IMG/VR virus record: IMGVR_UViG_3300037067_003400
Coordinates: 146,952 to 210,951 of that record
DNA length: 64,000 bases
DNA from: a virus
Lineage: Duplodnaviria > Caudoviricetes
Direction: 5' to 3' (one strand)
The position numbers and the translations under genes were made by a program. Shown piece after piece: positions 18,001-28,098 of the stretch. Position 1 is the first letter of the stretch, and each line of letters starts with the position of its first letter. Under the pieces are notes generated by a model that saw only the letters and a list, made by a program, of their open reading frames with translations, was not told the DNA's origin and searched no databases.

Positions 18001-18339
18001 AATAGTTCTTTCTACAGTATCTAAGTCTTTAGTTAGTTTAGCAATCTCTGCATTGTTAAGTGAGTTGGTAGCTTCTACAGCCGTAGATATATTATCAAGT
18101 TCTGCATATAAAGAAGTCAGATCAGTTATAATAGCCATTATAGTTTTGTTATATTCATTTGGATCAGTTACATTTGTTGGAATCTTAAATAACTTTTCTC
18201 CAACCTTCTTTAATAAATCCATTGGGTCTTGTGCGTTTATATTCAATCCACTATTATTAGCTTGTGTTATAAAGCTATTAAGTGTATCTCTTTGTGTAGT
18301 AGATATAACTGATTTATAAATGTCAACAAATTCTTGCAT
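15019..18339 (-). CDS. Virion structural protein with carbohydrate-binding-like modules
   Basis: INGNFKDDTTGW...DGSQCL (CBM4/9-like) and WNNASTYVFGNRV...YYTCIRGH...YWQ (CBM5/12-like). Confidence 0.7.
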   Translation of the reverse strand: MQEFVDIYKSVISTTQRDTLNSFITQANNSGLNINAQDPMDLLKKVGEKLFKIPTNVTDPNEYNKTIMAIITDLTSLYAELDNISTAVEATNSLNNAEIAKLTKDLDTVERTIRNKVLVNRSALNYTNILTETFSTDTCDNTKIPTDKNKLWVDPVSMSLRRQLIGDISRTISVADRKMCKISIENMLGISTETRHSITELVDGNYNSFWREVILADAPIAANIENINWLPANYKGGAVVRLRVDFDYLTPINELSFKPLSPYPMKLLAIDWTGNLVTDKTSGGMIPINGNFKDDTTGWTITTTTATAQVATGSGMDGSQCLEVITGSDTANCTFTRDIIFLSGGIQTDYTTDMPRLLSLSLLLKQTTPETTVKVLLKGETATSGVLTLFSQIISQPYKYNKEWAQVNKFINIVDNITYKKLMLEFQVFGDTTTTYIDNIQLSTDYSEQLLLDTEISGDKIVNLSQSRGKNIACKTLWLTLAQPHYTLKQYNIPRSYLAEQDLWNMVLVSEDNVLTDSSASGTTIQSDLRYNLPEDNDLNIIVNRLGGKIKDLIVKLYHIANPTEELVNLTKYEYILGGWELDLRYREFIKSGYWVSQSFNLPGEIRELTLLPTMNTGDSNETDIRFYVSLSEDESIALNNLKKLEAPNYNLKLKAVGEPGPDSYISIAPKQTKDIINGTDRYHKAKLSLFPYISREKIATIKNTLDSYDSLKLFTYDPNTTNVLYTVNSSSNSGVWNNASTYVFGNRVAYPTDGTYYTCIRGHNSASTPASTYVPSAANSDYWQLCETIIKTIPGYKPIEVKLKINNKLIFPDILGRAENQLSKLVSREVLDIETDGSVITDTSTTDKTVATRDNTISRKIIEEHKLSSTTYITKYPIEWDDVSKRGNRVALYWHKVGDIVGTAMDHTNDILIKPSNYDVVGVASTKSDSTASYYNKTRIIMKSAGFSQIPAGITDTDIEDTYIVIAYYRTRVSAAGYLAGEEFVLDTTQVEGLSPLLSQSYPVTRNMTDYVNGTTPTLKLFNDDKSNPEKYYPVYEYYINEFGEIVFANDLFYLGDTPAEITVDYQTLGVNPRIVIEMDSNLRDQVITGSPVIYDYTVLLNIRK

Positions 18340-18340
18340 A

Positions 18341-19677
18341 TTATTGTCCTATAGCTAATATGGAAACTACAAAGTCTCCCATATTTAATAGCCCATCATC
18401 ATTCATTTTTTTCTTTACGTTCTTACCTGGTATAATTCTTAGTGACATACTCGAAGATGTAGCCCACCACCATTTAGTAGTGTAAAGAGGCTGTGGTCTA
18501 TCTGGTATTATAACACTGGCATCATCTATACTATTAAACTCTATAGACTCGAATCCTATACTATAAATTGCTGGCGATATACTTGAATCATTTATGCATA
18601 TATATTTAACGCTATCTGTAGTAGATGCTATTGGGAATGTTACATCTATTGTTTTATCAGAGTCTACTCCAGTAATAAATGGAATATATTGTATTGCATT
18701 TCCTATGTAATGCCCATTACCCGAGTTGTCTCCAGGTGTATACTCATTGAATAAGAATAGTTCTAAGTATTGTAGGTTTCTTGCATAGTATACTTTTAGC
18801 TTCATTGTTATTGCACGAATACCTGTTAAATCTATAGCTGAAGGAAACTCTATATAGTATGGGTAGGATGTGTATATTCCTTTGTCTTTAAGACATGCTA
18901 TACTTTGTATTGGCTTGTCTACTGTTTTTGTAAACTTAACGCAACCAGTAGAACTTCGTGCTATTATATCATAGTAACCATAGAAGCCAACAGTAAGTTT
19001 AGAGTTTCCAGTATATGCAAAGTTAGAAGAAACGTAACCATCGTCAGCTTTGGTATATGGTATTTCTAATAGTTCTAATGCAGCTGTTACATCTGGTCTG
19101 TATGTAGCAAACTGTGGCCCATATGTTGGGCGTAATCCATCTGTTTGCCCTACTGTAAATTCTGTGTCTAAATATGTTTTTAGTGTGAACCCATCTGAAG
19201 ACTTATACACAGTTCTACCATCTGAAGTTCGTTCATTATTAGATATGTTTCTTAATGTGTCGTTTACTATACTTACTCTTCCAGTGTAGGTTTCAGCTAA
19301 TACATCCTTTGCCATTACAGGTCTTGCATCTATTAAGAATCTTGTGCTTCCACTTACTCCTTTTGAATTTGCATCAATAAACTCATTCATGCTACAGGTT
19401 TCTGCTGTAGAGGCATTTATACTGATAGTATATGTAGTACTTGGAACAACACTTGTTAATAAAACTGTTGCAGTAGATAGTTTACTTATTCCAGATAGTG
19501 CTACTGGTGCATCTATTAGTTGTGTTTCTAACATAAATACATCATCTATCATTTTATTAGTCCATGTAGATGGTATCTTGTCAGTTCATTTACAAAAGTT
19601 GGATAGGAACTCACAGCATATGGGAAAGATGAGCGTGTTCCCGAAGATAGTTTCGGGAAGTTAGTGTTATCTGCCAT
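18341..19677 (-). CDS. Tail fibre/accessory structural protein, apparently split by a 1-nt frameshift near 19587
   Basis: ATG 19677 reads MADNTNFP...SSFPYAVSSYPTFVN. A second frame continues TDKIPSTWTNKMIDDVFMLE into track ORF 18341..19552. Confidence 0.6.
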
Positions 19678-20303
19678 TAGTAATTCCTACCTTTTAATAA
19701 GCTTGCTGTAACTGATACTTTGTAGGTTCCAGTTAGTAACACAGTTTTTACTCCAAGGACTCCTACTATATCATGTATCATAGCTGTTATATCCATATAG
19801 ATTCCAGTGTATGTTCTATCATTCCAGGTTATGCCAAAAAACTGTGGATGTAAAGTAACGTTTTCATTATATGCTGTTGGTCCTGTGTTACCCCCATCAT
19901 AAGTAAAGGGTATATTAGTTTCCACATTTAGAATCATATTATTAAGGTCTACACAGTAACCTTCTCCATGATAAATATTAACATAAGTTGTAATACTATC
20001 TGCTGTAGAAGCTTGAGTTATTATTTTGTAATTAGAGGATAAATGTTTCCATGTATCTGGGTTTATTTGATTCTGTCCTCTAAGTGAATCTACTAAACAA
20101 GATCCTCCGGTATGCACCCCAGAACTACTTAGATAGGTTTGTGTATTTTGTATAACTGTAGTTATATCATTCCATATAGTAGCATCTACTGGGTTAGAGT
20201 TCTGTGAGTTTGGGTCACTACCATAGTAGTTCACAAATGGATGCGTCTTTACCCCATATACATTATTTCTAAGATCAGATATTGAACCTGTTAATACACT
20301 CAT
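19677..20303 (-). CDS. Putative structural protein
   Basis: 208-aa ORF, translationally coupled to its neighbours. Confidence 0.6.
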   Translation of the reverse strand: MSVLTGSISDLRNNVYGVKTHPFVNYYGSDPNSQNSNPVDATIWNDITTVIQNTQTYLSSSGVHTGGSCLVDSLRGQNQINPDTWKHLSSNYKIITQASTADSITTYVNIYHGEGYCVDLNNMILNVETNIPFTYDGGNTGPTAYNENVTLHPQFFGITWNDRTYTGIYMDITAMIHDIVGVLGVKTVLLTGTYKVSVTASLLKGRNY

Positions 20304-21013
20304 GTTGCTTTCCTAACTAATATAACATCATCTATATAAAGTAGTGTTGCTTCTCGTGCTGATTCTGTAATTTCTCCATAGGTTGGTTTTACTACTAACT
20401 GCATGGTTAATCTCATTGTAGCAATAGAACTCGGTACAGCTGTAACAGTTTTAGTTACATATGTCCAGTTTGTATTACTATTGTATGGTTGTTCTGGAAG
20501 GTCTATATACCCAGAAGAAACATCACTCCATACCCAAGCTGGTATAATAGAATCTATAGAACTCAGTGATGCTGTGATAGCTGTTGTTGTATAACCATGT
20601 AGGTATAGTCTAATGTTAGCTGGTTTATTATAATCATAAATATTTTTGGGGTATTGTATCCTATAGTAAAAACTAAGGTCAAAGTTTTTAACCCCTGAGG
20701 TTTCTGCCGATAATGAAACTACTTGCGTTAAAGCTACTGGCTGAGTTAATGTAACCATCCAGAAATCTAAAGCTGTAGGTAATACTGAAACTGCAGAAAC
20801 TGATGTAGCTTTCATTACTGCACAGTAGTCTCCTCTATAAGGATGTTCTGTTGTTATAGTAGCTTGTTTAAAAGGCATAGCTACTAAACCAGATGGGTTA
20901 TCTGGAACCACCCCACTTGCAGTATAAGACAATGGTATGAAAGGCCTTGTTGTTAACCAACTTCCTGATGTTTCAAAAGAAAAATTGTTTACTAAGTTAT
21001 CTAAATATGACAT
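20300..21013 (-). CDS. Putative structural protein, CBM/galactose-binding-like beta-sandwich
   Basis: NLVNNFSFE...W start and LYIDDV end motifs. Confidence 0.6.
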   Translation of the reverse strand: MSYLDNLVNNFSFETSGSWLTTRPFIPLSYTASGVVPDNPSGLVAMPFKQATITTEHPYRGDYCAVMKATSVSAVSVLPTALDFWMVTLTQPVALTQVVSLSAETSGVKNFDLSFYYRIQYPKNIYDYNKPANIRLYLHGYTTTAITASLSSIDSIIPAWVWSDVSSGYIDLPEQPYNSNTNWTYVTKTVTAVPSSIATMRLTMQLVVKPTYGEITESAREATLLYIDDVILVRKAT

Positions 21014-21015
21014 AG

Positions 21016-21696
21016 TTACAATGTTACCTGTTCCTTTGAATTAGTTACTATTAAAACCTTAGCATGCAATCTGGTAGTTATATCTGGAACTACAAATCTT
21101 AGTCTTACTGAAGCTAATAGTTTACCACTTCCTGGGTCTGGATGGTATACCATTTCAAGAGGTGTTCCTTGTACTGTGCGCTTTGTGCTAAATGGATCTT
21201 GTAAGTAGTCTGTTAGTTCTGCTATACCCATTACAAATATTGCTGTGTTATTATCATCAAAGAATGTTTCTAATGTAGTAGTTAGCCCAGCTGCTGTTGG
21301 TGTGTATTTAAACTTTACTTGTAAAGGAAAGTCTACATCTACTATACTATGATAATACTTAGGCCCCGTTAGTCCAGATGTATTAGCATTACTAAGTAGA
21401 AGAGCTGACATTGGGTTATTAGTTACTGGAAATCCTGCTGTTACAAACCCTTCACTACGATGTAGTGCAAAGTCTCGTGAGTCTGGTATGTTTAAGTTAG
21501 TATAAGTTCTATGGTGATAGTCAGTTTTAACAGAAGCTAATGTTCTTCTTTGTACTTCGTATAATGCTTCCATTATAATATTAATACTATTAGCATCTAC
21601 TATTGTATTACCGTAGACACTTCCAACTAATTCTAAGGTATCTATTTGTTGTGGGAAACTTGTTTTTCCTGATTGTATATTAGACATATCTAACAA
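21016..21696 (-). CDS. Putative tail fibre-associated protein
   Basis: N-terminal TSFPxxxD...VDAxxxN attachment-type motif. Confidence 0.55.
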   Translation of the reverse strand: MLDMSNIQSGKTSFPQQIDTLELVGSVYGNTIVDANSINIIMEALYEVQRRTLASVKTDYHHRTYTNLNIPDSRDFALHRSEGFVTAGFPVTNNPMSALLLSNANTSGLTGPKYYHSIVDVDFPLQVKFKYTPTAAGLTTTLETFFDDNNTAIFVMGIAELTDYLQDPFSTKRTVQGTPLEMVYHPDPGSGKLLASVRLRFVVPDITTRLHAKVLIVTNSKEQVTL

Positions 21697-23263
21697 TACC
21701 TTTCACTCCAGCTGCTACGTGACTATCTACAATTGCTTGAACCTCAGCTTCTGTGAACTTCTTTAAGCCTGCTGTTCCAGTTAGTATTTCCTTTGGAACT
21801 TCTACTACTATAACTCCATTGAGCATAGCAGGTTCTCCATCCCAGGTAGATATATCAAAGTAAGAGGAAAGTTCTTGTAGTTGTGTTCCAGAAAGTTTTA
21901 GTCTTCTAATTTCAGCATCTTCTGGGACTCCTCCGCCCCGAGTTCTGGTATCTACTACTCTTACTGTTTCTATGGTTCCATTTGGACTTACATACAATTT
22001 AGCTAATACTATTGCAAATGGATATCTTGTTAAAGAACCAACTCCTCCAGCTTGTAGGTTTTCTCCTACACTACCATCTTCATTAAATATCATAGAGCTA
22101 TCTGTTGGGAAGGTACTTACAAATTTGTTCTTATCATAAATAGCTTTTCCAAATACAGAGAATGGTAAGTCTTCTTCTCCTGTTGTATTGTCAGTTACAC
22201 CAGAAGCTCTTATAGCATCTAATGTAATTGCTGGTCCTGATTCCCAACGCACAAATTGATTAGTATATCTAAGTCCTGTTTTTAGTTTTAGATTACCACT
22301 TGCTACTGGTGAATAAGCATATGCTGCTGAAGGTAATAAAAAGATATAAACTACAGAAGCTAATAGGTTTCTACTTTCTTTTCCATTATCATAAGTATGC
22401 CCATAGCTTGGGTTTAAATCTAAGTCACAATATTTTTGTAGGACATCATCATAGTATCCTCTAAAGATATAACTATCTTGAGTATACTTATAAGATACTT
22501 CTACTGTATCTTGTATGTCTATACTGGTTTTAAGTTTTATTATACCATTAGCCCAATCTATATTTTGTATAGTTTCTGGGAGAACTTGCGTCAAGTATGT
22601 TACAGGTGTAACTAATAATTCTTGTGTATTAACTTTGATACTACTTACTTCATAAAGCTTTCCATTATTAGTAGCTATGTTAAAGTCATCTACAAATGCA
22701 GCTACTTCATCTACTATAGGCAATCCTTTCAGTCCGTAGTCTGTTAGAGTCCCATAATCCGTAAATACATTTCCTATTGTATCAGAGAGATAAGGTTGTG
22801 CTGTTATTTCTGGGATAGTATATATTAAAACTATATCCTGTCCTACTACCCATCCCTCTTCAGTTGCTGCTTTGTCTAACCAACACTGAGAGGAAGCTGT
22901 TGTAGTATGTATAGATGTAGTATACTTTGTTTTTATTCTAAAGAGGCCGTCTGTAATTCTTACATGCCAAGCGTCGGTTTCATCAGCTACTGGTTCTACT
23001 ATATTCATCTTAGAAGATATAAATGTAAACTCTTTTAAGTTAGCATCTATTCCTATAATAGTTTCATCTTCGTAGCGTGCGGACAATGCCCCAGTGTATA
23101 GTACAATATCTTTTACAGTTCCTGGAACATTAGCTGGTAGTATAGTAACTGCATTAGTTATAAGACAGTTCTCATTTGGTGTTAGAGGAGGTGGTGCTAT
23201 CCAGGCTAAGTTTATCCCTGAGGAGTTAACAGTTTTGCCATATTGTAGATTAAAAGTTGACAT
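21680..23263 (-). CDS. Putative baseplate structural protein
   Basis: 527 aa; IDWANGII, DLNP and DTRTRGGG motifs; operon context. Confidence 0.6.
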   Translation of the reverse strand: MSTFNLQYGKTVNSSGINLAWIAPPPLTPNENCLITNAVTILPANVPGTVKDIVLYTGALSARYEDETIIGIDANLKEFTFISSKMNIVEPVADETDAWHVRITDGLFRIKTKYTTSIHTTTASSQCWLDKAATEEGWVVGQDIVLIYTIPEITAQPYLSDTIGNVFTDYGTLTDYGLKGLPIVDEVAAFVDDFNIATNNGKLYEVSSIKVNTQELLVTPVTYLTQVLPETIQNIDWANGIIKLKTSIDIQDTVEVSYKYTQDSYIFRGYYDDVLQKYCDLDLNPSYGHTYDNGKESRNLLASVVYIFLLPSAAYAYSPVASGNLKLKTGLRYTNQFVRWESGPAITLDAIRASGVTDNTTGEEDLPFSVFGKAIYDKNKFVSTFPTDSSMIFNEDGSVGENLQAGGVGSLTRYPFAIVLAKLYVSPNGTIETVRVVDTRTRGGGVPEDAEIRRLKLSGTQLQELSSYFDISTWDGEPAMLNGVIVVEVPKEILTGTAGLKKFTEAEVQAIVDSHVAAGVKGIVRYV

Positions 23264-24930
23264 TATATTCCTATTGAAACCTCATTTGAGAATATTACTG
23301 AGCCAGCCCAGTTATCATATATACTTGCTCTTATAGTATCTTGACCAGTTGCGTTACACGTTAGTGAAGCTATACCATTTCTATCTGTTCTTGCTTCTAA
23401 TTCTTGTAGTGAATTGTTTCTGGAAATAAATCTTATACGTATACCCGGGTTTGTAGCTATAACTCCATCAGCTCTTGTAATACAAGCTTTTAGTTTTATT
23501 CTCTCTGTGGAACCTTCTATACTTTCAGCCATTAGTAATACCTTTGGGGTAAAGCTTGCTGAGGTATACATTATATCTTTTACACTAACACCTAAAGCTG
23601 TTGCTGTTTTGGTTAATGCTGGTAATGTGCTTGCTGTTATAGTAGCAGCTATTGCTCCAGCTCCAGACGGTCTCCATGAGAATGTTACTTCTCCGAGATA
23701 GTTTGTAATAAATGGATCTGGGAATGAATGGGTAATTTCTCCTGCTCCAGTAATAGAAGCTATTAGCTGAACACCAGCTACTGGGTTGTTGTCCTTATCT
23801 GTTATAGTAGCTTTAATTCTTACTGGGCAAGCATCCCCACTTATAATTGTTACACGTGTAGGAGATATAGCTAAATATAAATTTGCTGCTTCATTGTATG
23901 GTGAAATAGTTGGTGCTAAATATAAGAAACCATTTTCTATTCCAGAGTACATTGGATTCAATTGTATATATGATAAATCTGAAGTGAGTACTTCTGATAA
24001 ATCTTGGTAGTTATCCATACTGTCTTCGAAAGATAGTGTGTAAGATGTAGCAGAATCTGTATAAGTATGAACATCTCGTGTTGTTATACCAAAAGAATTC
24101 TTAACTACATACCCTACGCCCACTATATCTCTTGGTGCAAAGTTGCTATTTAATAGAATTACATTTCCACTTACAGCTCCTGAAGTAACTTCTACTCTGT
24201 ATAATCCCGATGTTGTCATCTTACTAACAGCGGGGAGTCTTAATGGGTCTCTATTTTCTATATCTTGATATCGTAGTCTTATTTTATTATTACGATCTAC
24301 TACTACCATCTCTTGTTGGTTTAGTATTTCGCTTCCTGTAGGTGTTCTTGTATATGTAAACACAATAGCAGTAGTTGGATCTGTGTATGCAGCAATGTAA
24401 AGAGTTAATGTAGCTGAGTCAAAATAAAAGTTCCTATCTGTTGTTACTAAAGCAGCATCAGGAACTTCATATAAACTATCGTATTTTGTGCTTATTACTT
24501 GTTCTATATTTCCAGGAACTACAGTTGACCATAGACTTCCACTTCCAGATGTCCAGGTTCCAGAAGCCAATATAGTCATTGACCCACAAACCCTGGTAAG
24601 GTTTTCTCCGGCAGGCCCAGTACAAAAGATAGGGCCGTAGTGTGTGATGGCCGATGTATCTATAGTTTCACCAATTATATAACTTGTAGTGTACTCATAT
24701 GGATTTGAAGTAGTTACTGTATGCGTTTGCTTCTTAGCAAATAAGTAGCGTTCTTCAGCTCCATAGTAATACCATCCCTTGTGTATCATAGGATACCATT
24801 TACCATCTGCTGTTTTCTTAATCTTAACAGCAAGATCATCCCCAGAACCTATACCTGGTTTTAGTATAGCTGATAGTGGATTGTTTGCTAAAGTTATTCC
24901 TGCACTGCCTGATTCGAATATTGTAGCCAT
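23263..24930 (-). CDS. Structural protein with C-terminal invasin/Big_1 Ig-like domains
   Basis: IKATITDKDNNPVAGV...TNYLGEV and ARTDRNGIASL. Confidence 0.7.
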   Translation of the reverse strand: MATIFESGSAGITLANNPLSAILKPGIGSGDDLAVKIKKTADGKWYPMIHKGWYYYGAEERYLFAKKQTHTVTTSNPYEYTTSYIIGETIDTSAITHYGPIFCTGPAGENLTRVCGSMTILASGTWTSGSGSLWSTVVPGNIEQVISTKYDSLYEVPDAALVTTDRNFYFDSATLTLYIAAYTDPTTAIVFTYTRTPTGSEILNQQEMVVVDRNNKIRLRYQDIENRDPLRLPAVSKMTTSGLYRVEVTSGAVSGNVILLNSNFAPRDIVGVGYVVKNSFGITTRDVHTYTDSATSYTLSFEDSMDNYQDLSEVLTSDLSYIQLNPMYSGIENGFLYLAPTISPYNEAANLYLAISPTRVTIISGDACPVRIKATITDKDNNPVAGVQLIASITGAGEITHSFPDPFITNYLGEVTFSWRPSGAGAIAATITASTLPALTKTATALGVSVKDIMYTSASFTPKVLLMAESIEGSTERIKLKACITRADGVIATNPGIRIRFISRNNSLQELEARTDRNGIASLTCNATGQDTIRASIYDNWAGSVIFSNEVSIGI

Positions 24931-24938
24931 GAAAGATC

Positions 24939-27662
24939 CTATGAAAAAGTTATTGGTATATTAGATAGATTAGGTAGGACTTCTAATTCTGAAAACCATT
25001 TTGAGTTTTCATTCCAAGAAGCTACTCCTAAAAGCATTGGTAAAGAAGAAGAAATAAATTCTCTTATATCTTGTAACACATCATCTGGGATGTATACGTT
25101 ATCAATTAAGTTATCTGTGTTTAGTGGTTTCCAAGTTGTAATATTTTTTAGTAAAGTTATATAGTATGTTCCTGGTGTAACATTATAAGTATCTGGTATA
25201 ATAGATGATACATAGTCTCCAGTAGTTGATAGAGTATAGTTATTATAAGAATAGTTAGCTGTTACTTTTCCTGATGGGCTTGTATCGTTAAGTGTTAGTG
25301 TCCCATTGTTAAAACTAATATTTGGGAAGGACTTTGAACCTATCTGTTTTCCATCTAAGAATATTACGTAGTCATTATTCCAGTTCTTCTTCTGGGAATA
25401 GTATATTCCTCCACTACCAGAAAAGGTTAGAAGTTCCGATGTAACATACTGAGTATCTGGAAGGTCTTTTATATATACATCAACAACATTAGTATAGCCT
25501 GAAGTTATTAAATCTACAACACTTGTCCCAGCCCATGTTAATACACTTATTAGTCCAAGGTCTATACCAATCATAAAAGGTATACTTCCAAGGTTGGTTC
25601 CATTTGGTGACTGTGAGAAAGCTTGTATACGTTCTGCTAAGTCTTTATTACTTTCATATTCTATACGTTCTATTCCAAAAGGAGAAGCTATATCATCTAA
25701 TGCATTTGGAAGTTTTCTACATAATAGATCTTTAGTGTTTAGTTTGTAAGTTACTTTACTTGATAATGCTGTTGAGGTTAGGCTATTAAGTAATACTTGA
25801 CTTTTATATATAGCACTGGTAGGAGTAGCTTTAGAAACTGTGAATATAGCAGAGCTCCCTAATGATATTATAGAGGTAGGTCTTACTTTTGTCCACTTTA
25901 GAACATCAGGAGTATCCCAAGAAGCTAAGGTATCTTCCCATAAGTATATAGGAGAATCTTCTGTGATAGCTGTTGTGTTTACATTTATGACACCATATGC
26001 TCCAGAAGTAGAAGTTAGTACTTTTACATTCTCTAAGTTTCTAAGGTATATATGTCTCGGAGGAGTTATAGAACTTTCTGAATCCCATCGGTCTAAGAAC
26101 ATCCCAGGATACCATACAGGTTCTACACTATCAAAGAAGTCTTTCTCAGTTAGTGCTCTTGTAGCTATTATACTATATGGTCCTGAAGATACAGATACAG
26201 TTCCTACACTATCATATGTAGTATCTATATTAGCAAACCATAGATATGAGTCTGTTGATATATCAAATGTTCTGGGAGATTTATTCCGAGCGGTTTGACT
26301 TACAATGTTTTCTATTTCTTTATATGGATATGAGGTACTTCTAATCCACCTACGAATAAGTGGCTCAATTAAAGTAGTTGCTTTGCTTCCTTTGAATCCT
26401 GCGATACCATCAAAGATTATAATATCATCATTAGTCATTATATATCCAGAGGTCTCTGCCATTCCAGTAGAGCCTGGTGTATATGTTGGAATTATGTTTA
26501 TATAATTATAATGTGTATGGCTTCCTTCAGTACTTCCACTACTTCCACTTGTAGCTCCAGTTGTATATCCTGTAGTTAGTTTATTAACTAAGTCCATAGC
26601 AGAAGAAGAACTTGTGAATGAGTATGCTTTCCAATGGCCATGTCGATATGGGTAATCTGTGTAAGCTGTTCCTGTATATGCTGTATCAAAGTTGTGATAG
26701 TATACAACTCGGCATCCATGAGATGGTGATAGGTAATGTGAACCACCAGACATATATAGTCCAGTTGTAAAGGTAGAACTTACAAGTTCATTATAAAATG
26801 CAGATGCTCCATCTGCACTATTACTAAAAATAGATAATGCATATTGTGTTCCACGAGCTATGGTTGTTGTATATACATGATAGCAATGGGCTGAATCAAA
26901 GTAACCACTAACTGTTGCAGTGTTTGCGCTATTGGTAGCTGTTTTAAGTACCTGGGTTTCTGAGCTGGAACCTGCTGTTTTAGAATAGTTTATTCCTGTA
27001 TTTGCACTTACTAATCCATCCCAAGTTGCAAAGGATATTGGGTTACCTGGAGCCATTTGGTCTACTGTTACAGCCGAATAGCCCCACAGTGGGCCCTCTT
27101 CAAAAGCTGATGGGTCTAAATTAGCAAATGGGTCTCCTGGACTTCCTGGGTCTCCACTACTTGAAGGTGTTGGTGTTATAATAGTCCAAGCATCTCCAGG
27201 GGTAGGTATCCATATAAGGTCTCCATCTACTGGAAAAACTGTCGTTTCATCTATGTTTCCAGAGATAGGTGTGCCTGTTAGCCACGGTGTTGGTAAAACA
27301 AATACAGTTCCATCTTCTGCCCATAATACAGTAGAAGTAGATGAGGTTGTTATTCCAGAAACTGTTACTGTGTAGTATGTAGTAAATCCAAGTAGTGAAG
27401 TGTTACCATCTCCTACTGGTTTATATTCTAATCCTCTATATGAACTACTTCCTACCCAGTCTAATACTTTTCCACTATGTGGATTTCCTGGGGTAGTTAG
27501 TCCATAGATTCCTGGTAGGTTAATGTTATTATAATCACTTAATACATAGCTTTCTAAAGTTCCGCTTGGAATCCAGGTATATGTACTTGGAGCTGAGGTT
27601 AGTCTATACCAGTTTTCTGAATAGCCTGGTGAAAGGAGTTCATAGAAATTCTCGTAAGCCAT
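24939..27662 (-). CDS. Baseplate wedge-like protein with Ser/Thr/Gly-rich N-terminal extension
   Basis: LDDIASPFGIERIEYESNKDLAERI motif; C-terminal half paralogous to 28099..29493. Confidence 0.65.
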   Translation of the reverse strand: MAYENFYELLSPGYSENWYRLTSAPSTYTWIPSGTLESYVLSDYNNINLPGIYGLTTPGNPHSGKVLDWVGSSSYRGLEYKPVGDGNTSLLGFTTYYTVTVSGITTSSTSTVLWAEDGTVFVLPTPWLTGTPISGNIDETTVFPVDGDLIWIPTPGDAWTIITPTPSSSGDPGSPGDPFANLDPSAFEEGPLWGYSAVTVDQMAPGNPISFATWDGLVSANTGINYSKTAGSSSETQVLKTATNSANTATVSGYFDSAHCYHVYTTTIARGTQYALSIFSNSADGASAFYNELVSSTFTTGLYMSGGSHYLSPSHGCRVVYYHNFDTAYTGTAYTDYPYRHGHWKAYSFTSSSSAMDLVNKLTTGYTTGATSGSSGSTEGSHTHYNYINIIPTYTPGSTGMAETSGYIMTNDDIIIFDGIAGFKGSKATTLIEPLIRRWIRSTSYPYKEIENIVSQTARNKSPRTFDISTDSYLWFANIDTTYDSVGTVSVSSGPYSIIATRALTEKDFFDSVEPVWYPGMFLDRWDSESSITPPRHIYLRNLENVKVLTSTSGAYGVINVNTTAITEDSPIYLWEDTLASWDTPDVLKWTKVRPTSIISLGSSAIFTVSKATPTSAIYKSQVLLNSLTSTALSSKVTYKLNTKDLLCRKLPNALDDIASPFGIERIEYESNKDLAERIQAFSQSPNGTNLGSIPFMIGIDLGLISVLTWAGTSVVDLITSGYTNVVDVYIKDLPDTQYVTSELLTFSGSGGIYYSQKKNWNNDYVIFLDGKQIGSKSFPNISFNNGTLTLNDTSPSGKVTANYSYNNYTLSTTGDYVSSIIPDTYNVTPGTYYITLLKNITTWKPLNTDNLIDNVYIPDDVLQDIREFISSSLPMLLGVASWNENSKWFSELEVLPNLSNIPITFS

Positions 27663-28096
27663 TACTTAAACAACCTTTCAGTAGCAGTTAGTCTAACTGG
27701 AGCCAATGTCCATATAGGATACATGCTGGCATAGCGTTCAATAAATGGGGAGATAGGTAAGTTATATTCTTTAATAACTCCACTTGGATTTACATATCCA
27801 TCAATGCTATCATAACTTCCCACTGTAATAATTCCTCTTATATTATAATAGCAATCATAATCTGTTGGTGCAGTTCTATCTACGTAGCTCGTTGTCTTAC
27901 TTCCTAACGTTTCTATTGTTACATATGTATCAGTAGATAATCTTTTCCTTTGAATCTCTATCCCAGTAAAAGTATTTACTTGTGCATAAAGCCAGTCAGT
28001 CCAATCTATTAGTATTCTACCTTTTTCCATTAGGGTAAATACTAAGACTAAGTCTCTATCTGGGTTGTTTAATAAGTATTCTTCGTATGTAGTCAT
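27662..28096 (-). CDS. FN3-like domain protein
   Basis: W...IEIQR...YVTIETL...TTSYVD...YYNIRG. Confidence 0.55.
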   Translation of the reverse strand: MTTYEEYLLNNPDRDLVLVFTLMEKGRILIDWTDWLYAQVNTFTGIEIQRKRLSTDTYVTIETLGSKTTSYVDRTAPTDYDCYYNIRGIITVGSYDSIDGYVNPSGVIKEYNLPISPFIERYASMYPIWTLAPVRLTATERLFK

Positions 28097-28098
28097 AG

